A stretch of 64,000 nucleotides of DNA from Escherichia coli (lineage in GTDB: Bacteria > Pseudomonadota > Gammaproteobacteria > Enterobacterales > Enterobacteriaceae): assembly GCF_003334385.1 (NCBI RefSeq), contig NZ_QOWN01000024.1, one strand, 5' to 3'. Every line of letters begins with the position of its first letter. The first letter of the stretch is position 1. The position numbers were made by a program, and so were the translations under genes. The notes beneath the pieces were generated by a model. It ran no database searches and was not told where the DNA came from. It was given only the letters and a program-made list of their open reading frames with translations. Positions 11,320 through 22,877 of this stretch are shown here, in pieces.

Positions 11320-12693
11320 ATGTCTGTACAGCAAATCGACTGGGATCTGGCCCTGATCCAGAAATATAACTATTCCGGGCCACGATACACCTCGTACCCG
11401 ACCGCGCTGGAGTTTTCAGAAGACTTCGGCGAACAGGCGTTTTTACAAGCCGTGGCGCGCTATCCTGAGCGTCCATTATCTCTCTACGTACATATCCCGT
11501 TCTGCCATAAGCTTTGTTACTTCTGCGGTTGCAATAAGATTGTTACTCGCCAGCAGCACAAGGCCGATCAGTATCTGGACGCGCTGGAGCAAGAAATCGT
11601 CCATCGTGCACCGCTGTTCGCCGGGCGTCACGTCAGCCAATTGCACTGGGGCGGCGGAACGCCGACGTATCTGAATAAAGCGCAAATCAGCCGCCTGATG
11701 AAGCTGCTGCGCGAAAACTTCCAGTTCAATGCCGATGCGGAGATTTCGATCGAAGTCGATCCGCGGGAAATCGAACTGGATGTACTCGATCATTTACGCG
11801 CCGAAGGCTTTAATCGCCTGAGCATGGGCGTGCAGGACTTCAACAAAGAAGTGCAACGTCTGGTTAACCGCGAGCAGGATGAAGAGTTCATCTTTGCACT
11901 GCTTAACCATGCGCGTGAGATTGGTTTTACCTCCACCAACATCGACCTGATTTACGGCCTGCCGAAACAGACGCCGGAGAGTTTCGCCTTTACCCTGAAA
12001 CGTGTGGCGGAGCTGAACCCCGATCGTCTGAGTGTCTTTAACTACGCGCATCTGCCGACCATTTTTGCTGCTCAGCGCAAAATCAAAGATGCTGACCTGC
12101 CGAGTCCGCAGCAAAAACTCGATATCCTGCAGGAAACCATCGCCTTCCTGACGCAATCGGGCTATCAGTTTATCGGTATGGATCACTTTGCCCGTCCGGA
12201 TGACGAGCTGGCGGTGGCCCAGCGTGAAGGCGTGCTGCATCGTAACTTCCAGGGCTACACCACTCAGGGCGATACCGATCTGCTGGGGATGGGCGTTTCC
12301 GCCATCAGCATGATTGGCGACTGCTACGCGCAGAACCAGAAAGAGTTGAAGCAGTACTATCAGCAAGTGGATGAACAAGGCAATGCGCTGTGGCGTGGTA
12401 TTGCGCTAACGCGTGATGACTGTATTCGCCGCGATGTGATTAAGTCGCTCATCTGCAACTTCCGTCTGGATTACGCCCCTATTGAGAAACAGTGGGATTT
12501 GCACTTCGCTGATTACTTTGCGGAAGATCTCAAGCTGCTCGCCCCGTTAGCAAAAGATGGGCTGGTGGATGTGGATGAGAAGGGAATACAGGTGACGGCG
12601 AAAGGTCGCTTGCTGATCCGCAACATTTGCATGTGCTTTGATACCTATCTGCGCCAGAAAGCGCGGATGCAGCAGTTCTCTCGGGTGATTTAA
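11320..12693 (+). CDS. hemN: oxygen-independent coproporphyrinogen III oxidase HemN (radical SAM)
   Basis: 457 aa; radical-SAM cysteine motif CHKLCYFCGC. Confidence 0.95.
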   Translation: MSVQQIDWDLALIQKYNYSGPRYTSYPTALEFSEDFGEQAFLQAVARYPERPLSLYVHIPFCHKLCYFCGCNKIVTRQQHKADQYLDALEQEIVHRAPLFAGRHVSQLHWGGGTPTYLNKAQISRLMKLLRENFQFNADAEISIEVDPREIELDVLDHLRAEGFNRLSMGVQDFNKEVQRLVNREQDEEFIFALLNHAREIGFTSTNIDLIYGLPKQTPESFAFTLKRVAELNPDRLSVFNYAHLPTIFAAQRKIKDADLPSPQQKLDILQETIAFLTQSGYQFIGMDHFARPDDELAVAQREGVLHRNFQGYTTQGDTDLLGMGVSAISMIGDCYAQNQKELKQYYQQVDEQGNALWRGIALTRDDCIRRDVIKSLICNFRLDYAPIEKQWDLHFADYFAEDLKLLAPLAKDGLVDVDEKGIQVTAKGRLLIRNICMCFDTYLRQKARMQQFSRVI

Positions 12694-12805
12694 ATAGTGA
12701 ATGGCGCTTCGTTTACAAAGTAGAAAACGAAAGCGCCATCAATGTGCTGAGAACAAGATTGCCTGATGCGCTGGGCAACAAAACCTGTTGAAATTATTGC
12801 TTTTG

Positions 12806-12888
12806 TAGGCCGGATAAGGCGTTTACGCCGCATCAGGCATCTGAGCATGATGCCTGATGCGGCGCTGGTCGCGTCTTATCAGGCCTAC
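12806..12888. repeat. REP/BIME palindromic element
   Basis: gccggataaggcgtttacgccgcatcaggc ... gcgtcttatcaggcctac inverted REP pair. Confidence 0.85.
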
Positions 12889-12921
12889 GACTTTCTCCGC
12901 ATCCGGCATAAACAACGAGCT

Positions 12922-13032
12922 TCAGCTAAACAGCCCAATCATCGCGGCACACAGCACGGCAGCAACGGCAGTTTGCGGTGTGTGGCTGTCAACTGCGCCA
13001 CTCGATACCAGATTAATTATTGATTCCAGCAT
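12922..13032 (-). CDS. yshB: small protein YshB (36 aa)
   Basis: Short ORF MLESIINLVSSGAVDSHTPQTAVAAVLCAAMIGLFS between hemN and glnG, below the ORF-track length cutoff; recalled as the annotated K-12 small protein. Confidence 0.6.
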   Translation of the reverse strand: MLESIINLVSSGAVDSHTPQTAVAAVLCAAMIGLFS

Positions 13033-13143
13033 AATGACTCTCCCCGTTTTCCGGGCAAGATCATACTGAACTTATCGGAACAGTAAAGCGCAAAATACCA
13101 GCAATTTGCGCTCAATAATCAATCTTTACACACAAGCCGTGAA

Positions 13144-14553
13144 TCACTCCATCCCCAGCTCTTTTAACTTACGCGTCAGAGTGTTGCGGCCCCAGCCGAG
13201 TAGCCGCGCCGCTTCCTGTTTATGCCCCTGCGTATGTCGCAACGCGGTCGTCAGTAACGTCCGCTCCAGCTCTGGCTGCGCTTCGGAAAGCAGATTTTGA
13301 TGACCGGAACGTAGCGCTCTGTCTGCCCACTGCGCAAGAAGCGTCGCCCAACTGTCCGGTTGCATTTGCGAAGTACTCTCCGCAACCGTTGATTCAAACA
13401 GTTCGCCAGGCAAATCCTGAATCAACACTTCCTGTCCGGCAGCCATTACCGTTAGCCAGCGGCAGGTGTTTTCCAGCTGGCGCACGTTGCCTGGCCACGC
13501 CAGACGCGTCAACGCGGCTTCGGTTTCCGGATGCAGCAACTTCGCTTCTACGCCCAGTTCTCGCGCGGCAACCTGTAAAAAATGGCGCGCCAGGCGGGGA
13601 ATATCTTCCCGACGCTCACGCAGCGGCGGCAGATGAACGCGGATAACGTTCAGGCGGTGGAACAGATCCTCACGGAACTTACCTTCCTGCACCCGCTGTT
13701 CGAGATTCTGGTGAGTGGCAGCGATAATCCGCACATCCACTTTCACCGGCGCATAGCCGCCAACGCGGTAAAACTGGCCGTCTGCCAGCACGCGCAGCAA
13801 ACGCGTCTGCACATCCAGCGGCATATCGCCAATTTCATCGAGAAATAATGTACCGCCATCAGCCTGTTCAAAACGCCCCTGACGAATGGTATTCGCGCCG
13901 GTAAACGCGCCTTTCTCGTGACCAAACAGTTCTGATTCGATCAAATCCTTCGGGATAGCCGCCATATTCAGAGCGATAAATGGCGCTTTGGCTCGCGGAC
14001 TGTGGCGATGCAGGGCATGAGCGACCAGTTCTTTACCGGTGCCGGATTCGCCGTTAATCAGCACGCTAATAGAAGAACGCGAAAGCCGACCGATAATACG
14101 GAACACGTCCTGCATGGCTGGCGCTTCGCCGATGATATCGGTCGTTGGGCCGTTAAGCTGAACATTACGCGGCTGCTGCTGTTCCTGGTAATGACTGATG
14201 GCGCGCTCAACCAGCGCCACGGCTTCGTCGATATCAAACGGTTTGGGCAGATAATCAAACGCCCCTTGTTGATAGGCGCTGACGGCAGCATCCAGATCGG
14301 AATGTGCGGTCATAATGATGACCGGAAGCATCGGATGGCGCTGTTTAATCTGCTTGAGCAGCGCCAGCCCGTCCATTCCCGGCATACGGATATCTGAAAG
14401 CAGCACATCCGGCGTTTTGCTCGCCAGCGCCTCCAGTACCTCCGCGCCGTTCTCAAATGTCGTACAGGTTAAACCCGCTCCAGCGAGCGCACGTTCAAGC
14501 ACCCAACGGATGGAACTATCGTCATCGACTACCCAGACTATCCCTCGTTGCAT
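13144..14553 (-). CDS. glnG: nitrogen regulation response regulator NtrC (sigma54 enhancer-binding protein)
   Basis: 469 aa from Met [12 protein letters not shown]; receiver domain, AAA+ sigma54-interaction domain ([14 protein letters not shown]), C-terminal HTH. Confidence 0.95.
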   Translation of the reverse strand: MQRGIVWVVDDDSSIRWVLERALAGAGLTCTTFENGAEVLEALASKTPDVLLSDIRMPGMDGLALLKQIKQRHPMLPVIIMTAHSDLDAAVSAYQQGAFDYLPKPFDIDEAVALVERAISHYQEQQQPRNVQLNGPTTDIIGEAPAMQDVFRIIGRLSRSSISVLINGESGTGKELVAHALHRHSPRAKAPFIALNMAAIPKDLIESELFGHEKGAFTGANTIRQGRFEQADGGTLFLDEIGDMPLDVQTRLLRVLADGQFYRVGGYAPVKVDVRIIAATHQNLEQRVQEGKFREDLFHRLNVIRVHLPPLRERREDIPRLARHFLQVAARELGVEAKLLHPETEAALTRLAWPGNVRQLENTCRWLTVMAAGQEVLIQDLPGELFESTVAESTSQMQPDSWATLLAQWADRALRSGHQNLLSEAQPELERTLLTTALRHTQGHKQEAARLLGWGRNTLTRKLKELGME

Positions 14554-14564
14554 AAACGTCACCT

Positions 14565-15614
14565 TTATTTCCTGATAGGCAGGTAAACCGAGAACTCGGT
14601 ATGCCCTGGCCAACTGGTAAATTCAATTTTGCCTGAATGCTGATCAATCAAATTACGAGCGATGGATAAGCCAAGCCCGGTGCCACCTTCGCGGCCGCTG
14701 ACCATCGGGTAAAACAGCGTATCCTGCAAATGAGGCGGAATGCCTGGCCCGTTATCTTCCACATCAATCCGCGCCGCCAGCCGGTAGCGTTCGCCGTGTA
14801 AGGTCAGTTGAAACGCGGTGCGGGTACGCAGAATGATTTCACCGCCTTCCGGCCCCAGCGCCTGTAGCGCATTGCGCACAATATTCAGCAAGACCTGTTC
14901 AATTTGATCCGGGTCGTGCGCCAGTTCTGGCAGGCTGGGGTCGTAATCACGAATCAACCGCACGTTGTCCGGCAGTTCCATCGACACCAGCGTTACCACG
15001 CGTTCAGCCACTTTGTGAATACTTTCGGTAACGCGCGTACCGGGCAGCTGCGGCCCCAACAGACGGTCGACCAGATTTCGCAGCCGGTCCGCCTGTTCGA
15101 TAATCACTTTGGTATATTCGAGTAGTGATGGGTCAGGTAACGCTTTGCTGAGCAGCTGCGCCGCGCCACGTAAACCGCCAAGCGGATTTTTAATCTCATG
15201 TGCCAGGCCGCGCACTAAATCACGGGCAGCAACCTGCTGGGCGTGCTGTAGCTGTTCCTGACTTAAGCGGCGCTGGTTATCCATCGGAGCCATCTCCAGC
15301 AGGATCATGCCGTCCGGCATACGCTGGGCCGTCACAGAAAGGATATGCGAGCGCCCGTCGATGACCAGCGTCACTTCGTTATCGGTAAAACCTTGCCCCG
15401 CCTCCAGACTTTCTTGCATCAGCTCGATATTTAATGAGAAGTAGCTCAACAGTTCCGGTAACGGTGTACCAAACAATTTGCGGGAGCTTTGGGCGAGCAG
15501 TTGTTGCGCGGCGGGGTTGGCGTAATGGATCGCCAGGTTGTCATCGATTAACAAAATACTGTTAATCAGCGAGTTGAGGATCTGCCCAGCATCGGGCTGC
15601 GTGCCTGTTGCCAT
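14565..15614 (-). CDS. glnL: nitrogen regulation sensor histidine kinase NtrB
   Basis: 349 aa; H-box (LAHEIKNPL) and ATPase G-box motifs; upstream of glnG. Confidence 0.95.
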
Positions 15615-15701
15615 AAAGCAGTCTCCTGAACAGGTTGCACCATTTTAGTGCATTATAGCTTTTTACGGATAAAAAGCGCGAAGCATCAGAGAATTGACGG
15701 A

Positions 15702-15899
15702 GAAAAAAGCCCATGCAGAGATGGGCTACAGATAGCTGACAAACTTCACGTTGGAGAGCGACTCACCTGCTCCGGCCTACCACATCATCACCGTGTAGGC
15801 CGGATAAGACGCATTTGCGTCGCATCCGGCGTGATGTGCTTGCCACCGATCCCAGGCCTGCCAGAGACAGGCGAAAAGTTTCCACGGCAACTAAAACAC
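15702..15899 (-). ncRNA. glnZ: glnA 3' UTR (candidate GlnZ-type 3'UTR-derived sRNA) ending in rho-independent terminator
   Basis: About 200 nt between the glnA stop and hairpin gcccatctctgcatgggc plus T-run (minus strand); contains a REP element. Assignment as an sRNA is from the literature, not from the sequence. Confidence 0.4.
15773..15832. repeat. REP element within the glnA-glnL intergenic region
   Basis: gcctaccacatcatcaccgtgtaggccggataagacgcatttgcgtcgcatccggc palindromic REP. Confidence 0.8.
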
Positions 15900-17309
15900 T
15901 TAGACGCTGTAGTACAGCTCAAACTCTACCGGATGCGGAGTCATACGCACGCGGTCATCTTCTTCGCGACGCAGTGCGATGTACGCATCAATTGCTTCGT
16001 CAGTGAACACGCCACCGGCTTTCAGGAACTCGCGGTCCAGATCCAGTTCGTTCAGTGCTTCTTCCAGAGAGCCTGCAACCTGTGGGATCTCTTTCGCTTC
16101 TTCTGGCGGCAGGTCATACAGGTTTTTGTCCATGGCTTCGCCCGGATGGATCTTGTTCTTGATACCATCAAGACCGGCCATCAGCAGGGCAGCAAAGCAC
16201 AGGTACGGGTTAGCTGCCGGATCCGGGAAACGTACTTCGATACGACGTGCTTTCGGAGAAGAAACCACCGGAATACGGATAGACGCAGAACGGTTACGCG
16301 CAGAGTAAGCCAGCATTACCGGTGCTTCATAGCCCGGGACCAGACGCTTATAAGAGTTGGTGGTCGGGTTTGCCAGGGCGTTAATCGCTTTAGCGTGTTT
16401 GATTACGCCGCCAATGTAGTACAGCGCCTGCTCAGACAGACCTGCGTATTTGTCGCCTGCGAACAGGTTAACGCCGTTTTTAGACAGAGACATGTGGCAG
16501 TGCATACCGGAGCCGTTATCACCGAACATCGGTTTTGGCATAAAGGTCGCGGTTTTACCGAAGCGGTGCGCTACGTTGTGCACAACATATTTGTAGATCT
16601 GAATTTCGTCAGCTTTTTTGGTCATGGTATTGAAGCGGGTAGCCACTTCGTTCTGACCAGCAGTCGCTACTTCGTGGTGATGGGCTTCAACCACCAGGCC
16701 CATCTGTTCCATCACCAGACACATTTCAGAACGAATATCCTGAGCAGAGTCTACCGGCGGAACCGGGAAGTAACCGCCTTTCACTGCCGGACGGTGACCT
16801 TTGTTACCACCTTCATATTGGGTGGAGGAGTTCCATGCGCCTTCGATATCGTCGATAGCAACGTGAGAACCGGAGATAGATGATCCGAAACGGATGTCAT
16901 CGAACAGGAAGAATTCAGGTTCTGGCCCGAACAGTACGGTGTCGGCAATGCCAGTGGAACGCAGGTAATCTTCGGCGCGCTTCGCAATGGAGCGCGGGTC
17001 ACGGTCATAGCCTTGCAGGGTGCCAGGTTCAAGGATGTCGCAACGGATAATCAGGGTGGAGTCGGCGAAGAACGGGTCAATCACTGCGGTGGATGCGTCT
17101 GGCATCAGCACCATGTCGGACTCGTTAATGCCTTTCCAGCCGCCAATCGAGGAGCCGTCAAACATTTTGCCTTCTTCGAAGAATTCAGCATTCACCTGAT
17201 GAGCAGGGATAGTGACGTGCTGTTCTTTACCTTTAGTATCGGTGAAGCGCAAATCAACAAACTTCACTTCGTGCTCGTTCAGCATCGTCAGTACGTGTTC
17301 AGCGGACAT
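15900..17309 (-). CDS. glnA: glutamine synthetase
   Basis: 469 aa, [24 protein letters not shown]...; adenylylation-site region NLYDLP present. Confidence 0.97.
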
Positions 17310-17390
17310 ACTTTAACTCTCCTGGATTGGTCATGGTCGTCGTGGTAACGAAATCTGCAATTATTTTGGCCGTGTCGCCGTAAAAAAGAT

Positions 17391-17409
17391 AAAGCGAAAT
17401 CTGTGCCAA
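17391..17409 (-). promoter_or_regulatory. glnAp2 sigma54 promoter (-24 GG / -12 GC)
   Basis: Minus-strand TTGGCACAGATTTCGCTTT matches the TGGCAC-N5-TCGCT sigma54 consensus upstream of glnA. Confidence 0.8.
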
Positions 17410-17482
17410 CTTTTAAATTGCCCCTAAAAGGCGTTATCATGCGCACCATCGTGCAAAAGGGCTGCACCACGATGTGAACGTT

Positions 17483-17537
17483 GCACCAATATAGTGCTTC
17501 AATGGAAACATTAAGCACCATGTTGGTGCAATGACCT
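17483..17537 (-). promoter_or_regulatory. NtrC enhancer binding sites upstream of glnA
   Basis: Two dyad elements on the minus strand: tgcaccaacatggtgct and gcactatattggtgcaac (TGCACC-N5-GGTGCA type). Confidence 0.75.
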
Positions 17538-17681
17538 TTGGATAACCCTTTTTATGCTCCGTGAAAGCGATCACAAAGGGACTCTGCAATACTTGTTTGC
17601 GGAGGATGTTTGTGATCCTGTTTTGTAGTGCGATTAATCCGTGTACAATAACGCGCTATTTCTAATGCCTGAGGCAAAGTT

Positions 17682-19505
17682 GTGATCGAAAAATTGCGTA
17701 ATATCGCCATCATCGCGCACGTAGACCATGGTAAAACTACCCTGGTAGACAAGCTGCTCCAACAATCCGGTACGTTCGACTCTCGTGCCGAAACCCAAGA
17801 GCGCGTGATGGACTCCAACGATTTGGAGAAAGAGCGTGGGATTACCATCCTCGCGAAAAACACCGCTATCAAATGGAATGATTACCGTATCAACATCGTT
17901 GATACCCCGGGGCACGCCGACTTCGGTGGTGAAGTTGAACGTGTAATGTCCATGGTAGACTCAGTGCTGCTGGTGGTTGACGCATTTGACGGCCCGATGC
18001 CGCAAACGCGCTTCGTAACCAAAAAAGCGTTTGCTTACGGCCTGAAGCCGATTGTTGTTATCAACAAAGTTGACCGCCCTGGCGCGCGTCCTGATTGGGT
18101 TGTGGATCAGGTATTCGATCTGTTCGTTAACCTCGACGCGACCGACGAGCAGCTGGACTTCCCGATCGTTTACGCTTCTGCGCTGAACGGTATCGCGGGT
18201 CTGGACCACGAAGATATGGCGGAAGACATGACCCCGCTGTACCAGGCGATTGTTGACCACGTTCCTGCGCCGGACGTTGACCTTGACGGTCCGTTCCAGA
18301 TGCAGATTTCTCAGCTCGATTACAACAGCTATGTTGGCGTTATCGGCATTGGCCGCATCAAGCGCGGTAAAGTGAAGCCGAACCAGCAGGTCACTATCAT
18401 CGATAGCGAAGGCAAAACCCGCAACGCGAAAGTCGGTAAAGTGCTGGGCCACCTCGGTCTGGAACGTATCGAAACCGACCTGGCGGAAGCTGGCGATATC
18501 GTGGCGATCACGGGCCTGGGCGAACTGAACATTTCTGACACCGTTTGCGACACGCAAAACGTTGAAGCGCTGCCGGCACTCTCCGTTGATGAGCCGACCG
18601 TTTCTATGTTCTTCTGCGTTAACACCTCGCCGTTCTGCGGTAAAGAAGGTAAGTTCGTAACGTCTCGTCAGATCCTGGATCGTCTGAACAAAGAACTGGT
18701 ACACAACGTTGCGCTGCGCGTAGAAGAAACCGAAGACGCCGATGCGTTCCGCGTTTCTGGTCGTGGCGAACTGCACCTGTCTGTTCTGATCGAAAACATG
18801 CGTCGTGAAGGTTTCGAACTGGCGGTATCCCGTCCGAAAGTAATCTTCCGTGAAATCGACGGTCGTAAACAAGAGCCGTATGAAAACGTGACGCTGGACG
18901 TTGAAGAACAGCATCAGGGTTCTGTGATGCAGGCGCTGGGCGAACGTAAAGGCGACCTGAAAAACATGAATCCAGACGGTAAAGGCCGCGTACGTCTCGA
19001 CTACGTGATCCCAAGCCGTGGTCTGATTGGCTTCCGTTCTGAGTTCATGACCATGACTTCCGGTACTGGTCTGCTGTACTCCACCTTCAGCCACTACGAC
19101 GACGTACGTCCGGGTGAAGTGGGCCAGCGTCAGAACGGCGTACTGATCTCTAACGGTCAGGGTAAAGCGGTCGCGTTCGCGCTGTTCGGTCTGCAGGATC
19201 GCGGTAAGCTGTTCCTCGGTCACGGTGCAGAAGTTTACGAAGGTCAGATTATCGGTATTCATAGCCGCTCTAACGACCTGACGGTAAACTGCCTGACCGG
19301 TAAGAAACTGACCAACATGCGTGCTTCCGGTACTGACGAAGCCGTTGTTCTGGTTCCGCCTATCCGCATGACTCTGGAACAAGCTCTGGAGTTCATCGAT
19401 GATGACGAACTGGTAGAAGTGACTCCAACCTCTATCCGTATTCGTAAACGTCACCTGACGGAAAACGATCGTCGTCGCGCTAACCGCGCACCGAAAGACG
19501 ATTAA
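17682..19505 (+). CDS. typA: ribosome-dependent translational GTPase TypA/BipA
   Basis: 607 aa, GTG start; G-domain motifs [21 protein letters not shown]. Confidence 0.95.
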   Translation: MIEKLRNIAIIAHVDHGKTTLVDKLLQQSGTFDSRAETQERVMDSNDLEKERGITILAKNTAIKWNDYRINIVDTPGHADFGGEVERVMSMVDSVLLVVDAFDGPMPQTRFVTKKAFAYGLKPIVVINKVDRPGARPDWVVDQVFDLFVNLDATDEQLDFPIVYASALNGIAGLDHEDMAEDMTPLYQAIVDHVPAPDVDLDGPFQMQISQLDYNSYVGVIGIGRIKRGKVKPNQQVTIIDSEGKTRNAKVGKVLGHLGLERIETDLAEAGDIVAITGLGELNISDTVCDTQNVEALPALSVDEPTVSMFFCVNTSPFCGKEGKFVTSRQILDRLNKELVHNVALRVEETEDADAFRVSGRGELHLSVLIENMRREGFELAVSRPKVIFREIDGRKQEPYENVTLDVEEQHQGSVMQALGERKGDLKNMNPDGKGRVRLDYVIPSRGLIGFRSEFMTMTSGTGLLYSTFSHYDDVRPGEVGQRQNGVLISNGQGKAVAFALFGLQDRGKLFLGHGAEVYEGQIIGIHSRSNDLTVNCLTGKKLTNMRASGTDEAVVLVPPIRMTLEQALEFIDDDELVEVTPTSIRIRKRHLTENDRRRANRAPKDD

Positions 19506-19526
19506 TTTCGTTTTTTAGTTATAAAA

Positions 19527-19555
19527 AACCTGCCATCGCTGGCAGGTTTTTTTTT
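19527..19555 (+). terminator. rho-independent terminator after typA
   Basis: Hairpin cctgccatcgctggcagg followed by a T-run. Confidence 0.8.
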
Positions 19556-19721
19556 ACCTGTCGTGAGCGCACACCAATGCGAGTATCTCCCTTATAAGTC
19601 TGTGATTACGTCAATAGAGAGCTTTGTCACAATTATCTGCAAAGTCATACACCGTTAATTGCTTTCTTTTTTGGCGTAAGCGTAAGATGCTTCATCTGGT
19701 TTAAACCAAAAGGATTAAACA

Positions 19722-20432
19722 ATGGCGGAGAATCAATCCACCGTAGAAAATGCAAAAGAGAAACTGGATCGGTGGTTGAAAGATGGCATCACCACGCCGG
19801 GTGGAAAACTCCCTTCAGAAAGAGAGCTGGGAGAACTGCTGGGCATTAAACGTATGACGCTGCGCCAGGCGTTGTTGAACCTCGAGGCAGAATCCAAAAT
19901 CTTCCGTAAGGATCGTAAGGGGTGGTTCGTGACCCAGCCGCGATTTAATTACAGTCCGGAGCTGTCAGCGAGCTTTCAGCGGGCCGCAATTGAGCAAGGA
20001 CGAGAGCCTTCCTGGGGGTTTACCGAGAAAAACCGTACCAGCGATATTCCCGAGACGCTCGCGCCACTGATTGCAGTGACACCATCAACTGAACTCTATC
20101 GCATCACCGGCTGGGGGGCGCTGGAAGGACATAAAGTTTTCTATCACGAAACATATATTAATCCTGAAGTTGCTCCGGGTTTTATTGAACAACTTGAAAA
20201 CCACTCATTTTCTGCAGTCTGGGAAAAGTGCTACCAAAAAGAGACGGTAGTAAAAAAATTGATTTTCAAACCCGTCAGAATGCCGGGCGATATCAGCAAG
20301 TATCTTGGCGGTTCTGCGGGTATGCCAGCGATCTTAATTGAAAAGCATCGCGCCGACCAGCAAGGCAATATTGTCCAGATAGATATTGAATATTGGCGAT
20401 TTGAGGCCGTAGACCTCATCATTAATCTGTAG
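19722..20432 (+). CDS. yihL: GntR-family transcriptional regulator YihL (HTH plus UTRA-like effector domain)
   Basis: 236 aa; N-terminal HTH region (LPSERELGELLGIKRMTLRQAL). Confidence 0.8.
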   Translation: MAENQSTVENAKEKLDRWLKDGITTPGGKLPSERELGELLGIKRMTLRQALLNLEAESKIFRKDRKGWFVTQPRFNYSPELSASFQRAAIEQGREPSWGFTEKNRTSDIPETLAPLIAVTPSTELYRITGWGALEGHKVFYHETYINPEVAPGFIEQLENHSFSAVWEKCYQKETVVKKLIFKPVRMPGDISKYLGGSAGMPAILIEKHRADQQGNIVQIDIEYWRFEAVDLIINL

Positions 20433-20439
20433 GTGTTTT

Positions 20440-21420
20440 ATGATGACAATAAATAACGCAAGAAAGATTCTACAACGTGTCGACACTCTTCCTCTTTATT
20501 TACATGCTTATGCCTTTCATTTAAATATGCGGCTGGAAAGAGTGTTGCCTGCTGATTTACTTGATATCGCAAGTGAAAATAATCTACGTGGCGTCAAAAT
20601 CCATGTTCTGGATGGCGAGCGTTTTTCTCTTGGTAATATGGACGATAAAGAACTCTCTGCCTTTGGAGATAAAGCCCGCCGTCTGAACCTTGATATTCAT
20701 ATTGAAACCAGCGCCTCAGATAAGGCATCTATTGACGAAGCCGTCGCCATCGCGTTGAAAACTGGGGCATCGTCCGTACGTTTTTATCCACGTTATGAAG
20801 GTAATTTGCGCGACGTATTATCGATTATCGCTAACGACATTGCCTATGTACGGGAAACGTATCAGGACTGCGGCCTGACTTTTACGATTGAGCAGCATGA
20901 AGATTTAAAAAGTCATGAGCTGGTGTCGCTGGTCAAAGAAAGTGAGATGGAGTCTCTTTCCTTACTGTTTGATTTTGCGAACATGATCAATGCAAATGAG
21001 CATCCCATCGACGCCTTAAAAACGATGGCACCGCATATTACCCAGGTCCATATTAAAGATGCCTTGATCGTTAAAGAACAGGGTGGCCTGGGTCATAAAG
21101 CCTGTATTTCAGGTCAGGGTGATATGCCGTTCAAAGCGTTATTAACGCACCTTATCTGCCTTGGTGATGATGAGCCGCAGGTGACGGCATATGGCCTGGA
21201 AGAAGAGGTTGATTACTATGCGCCGGCGTTCCGCTTTGAAGACGAAGATGATAATCCGTGGATCCCTTATCGCCAGATGAGTGAAACACCCCTACCAGAA
21301 AATCATTTACTGGATGCGCGGTTACGTAAAGAAAAAGAAGATGCAATTAATCAGATAAATCATGTGCGTAACGTACTACAACAAATCAAACAAGAGGCAA
21401 ACCATCTTCTGAACCACTAA
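20440..21420 (+). CDS. yihM: sugar phosphate isomerase/epimerase-like TIM-barrel protein YihM
   Basis: 326 aa ORF immediately downstream of yihL. Confidence 0.75.
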   Translation: MMTINNARKILQRVDTLPLYLHAYAFHLNMRLERVLPADLLDIASENNLRGVKIHVLDGERFSLGNMDDKELSAFGDKARRLNLDIHIETSASDKASIDEAVAIALKTGASSVRFYPRYEGNLRDVLSIIANDIAYVRETYQDCGLTFTIEQHEDLKSHELVSLVKESEMESLSLLFDFANMINANEHPIDALKTMAPHITQVHIKDALIVKEQGGLGHKACISGQGDMPFKALLTHLICLGDDEPQVTAYGLEEEVDYYAPAFRFEDEDDNPWIPYRQMSETPLPENHLLDARLRKEKEDAINQINHVRNVLQQIKQEANHLLNH

Positions 21421-21521
21421 TAAGTTTTAACTCATACGCAGTTAATAAAACCATTCTATATGAATGGTCGGTATCTTATTGCCTTTAAAACAGTGATTTT
21501 AAAAATCGCTTAGGGGATGTT

Positions 21522-22787
21522 ATGCTCACGAAAAAGAAATGGGCGTTATTTAGTCTATTAACACTGTGTGGCGGTACAATTTATAAATTACCGTCGCTGA
21601 AAGATGCGTTTTATATCCCGATGCAGGAATATTTCCATTTGACCAATGGTCAAATTGGTAATGCCATGTCGGTAAACTCATTTGTTACCACAGTGGGCTT
21701 TTTTCTGTCTATTTATTTTGCCGATAAACTACCGCGCAGATACACCATGTCATTCTCACTCATTGCGACAGGATTACTGGGTGTTTATTTGACGACAATG
21801 CCGGGGTATTGGGGCATCCTCTTTGTCTGGGCGCTATTTGGCGTTACTTGCGACATGATGAACTGGCCGGTCTTGCTCAAGTCGGTAAGTCGATTGGGCA
21901 ATAGCGAACAACAAGGTCGGTTGTTTGGCTTCTTCGAAACAGGGCGTGGCATTGTCGATACCGTGGTGGCATTTTCTGCGTTGGCAGTATTTACCTGGTT
22001 TGGCAGTGGCTTATTAGGTTTTAAAGCAGGCATCTGGTTCTATTCCCTTATTGTGATTGCCGTAGGCATTATTATTTTCTTTGTCCTGAATGACAAAGAA
22101 GAGGCACCGTCCGTTGAGGTGAAAAAAGAAGATGGGGCATCGCAACACACCAGTATGACCTCGGTGCTGAAAGACAAAACTATCTGGCTTATCGCTTTCA
22201 ACGTCTTCTTCGTTTACGCGGTTTACTGTGGCCTGACATTCTTCATTCCATTCCTGAAAAACATCTATCTATTGCCCGTTGCGCTGGTGGGGGCTTACGG
22301 CATCATTAACCAATACTGTCTGAAAATGATTGGTGGACCGATTGGTGGCATGATTTCAGATAAGATCCTGAAATCGCCGAGTAAATATCTATGCTACACC
22401 TTTATCATCAGTACCGCTGCGCTCGTACTGTTGATTATGCTGCCGCACGAAAGTATGCCGGTCTATTTAGGGATGGCATGTACGCTGGGCTTTGGCGCGA
22501 TAGTCTTTACACAGCGAGCCGTATTTTTTGCACCTATCGGCGAAGCAAAAATTGCTGAAAATAAAACAGGCGCGGCGATGGCGTTGGGTAGCTTTATTGG
22601 TTACGCCCCGGCGATGTTCTGCTTCAGTCTGTATGGCTACATTCTGGATTTAAATCCGGGGATTATTGGCTACAAAATCGTGTTTGGCATTATGGCCTGC
22701 TTCGCATTCTGTGGTGCGGTGGTTTCCGTAATGCTGGTTAAGCGTATTAGCCAACGTAAGAAAGAGATGCTGGCGGCTGAAGCTTAA
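21522..22787 (+). CDS. yihN: MFS-type transporter YihN
   Basis: 421 aa, 12 predicted hydrophobic helices. Confidence 0.8.
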   Translation: MLTKKKWALFSLLTLCGGTIYKLPSLKDAFYIPMQEYFHLTNGQIGNAMSVNSFVTTVGFFLSIYFADKLPRRYTMSFSLIATGLLGVYLTTMPGYWGILFVWALFGVTCDMMNWPVLLKSVSRLGNSEQQGRLFGFFETGRGIVDTVVAFSALAVFTWFGSGLLGFKAGIWFYSLIVIAVGIIIFFVLNDKEEAPSVEVKKEDGASQHTSMTSVLKDKTIWLIAFNVFFVYAVYCGLTFFIPFLKNIYLLPVALVGAYGIINQYCLKMIGGPIGGMISDKILKSPSKYLCYTFIISTAALVLLIMLPHESMPVYLGMACTLGFGAIVFTQRAVFFAPIGEAKIAENKTGAAMALGSFIGYAPAMFCFSLYGYILDLNPGIIGYKIVFGIMACFAFCGAVVSVMLVKRISQRKKEMLAAEA

Positions 22788-22793
22788 TTAATG

Positions 22794-22870
<77 letters not shown>

Positions 22871-22877
22871 TTTCACA

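Noticed and set aside
15648-16883. 411-aa plus-strand ORF
   Set aside because: Lies entirely antisense within glnA, with Cys/Arg/His-rich low-complexity translation typical of spurious antisense ORFs.
17961-19454. 497-aa minus-strand ORF
   Set aside because: Antisense to typA; no RBS or motif support.
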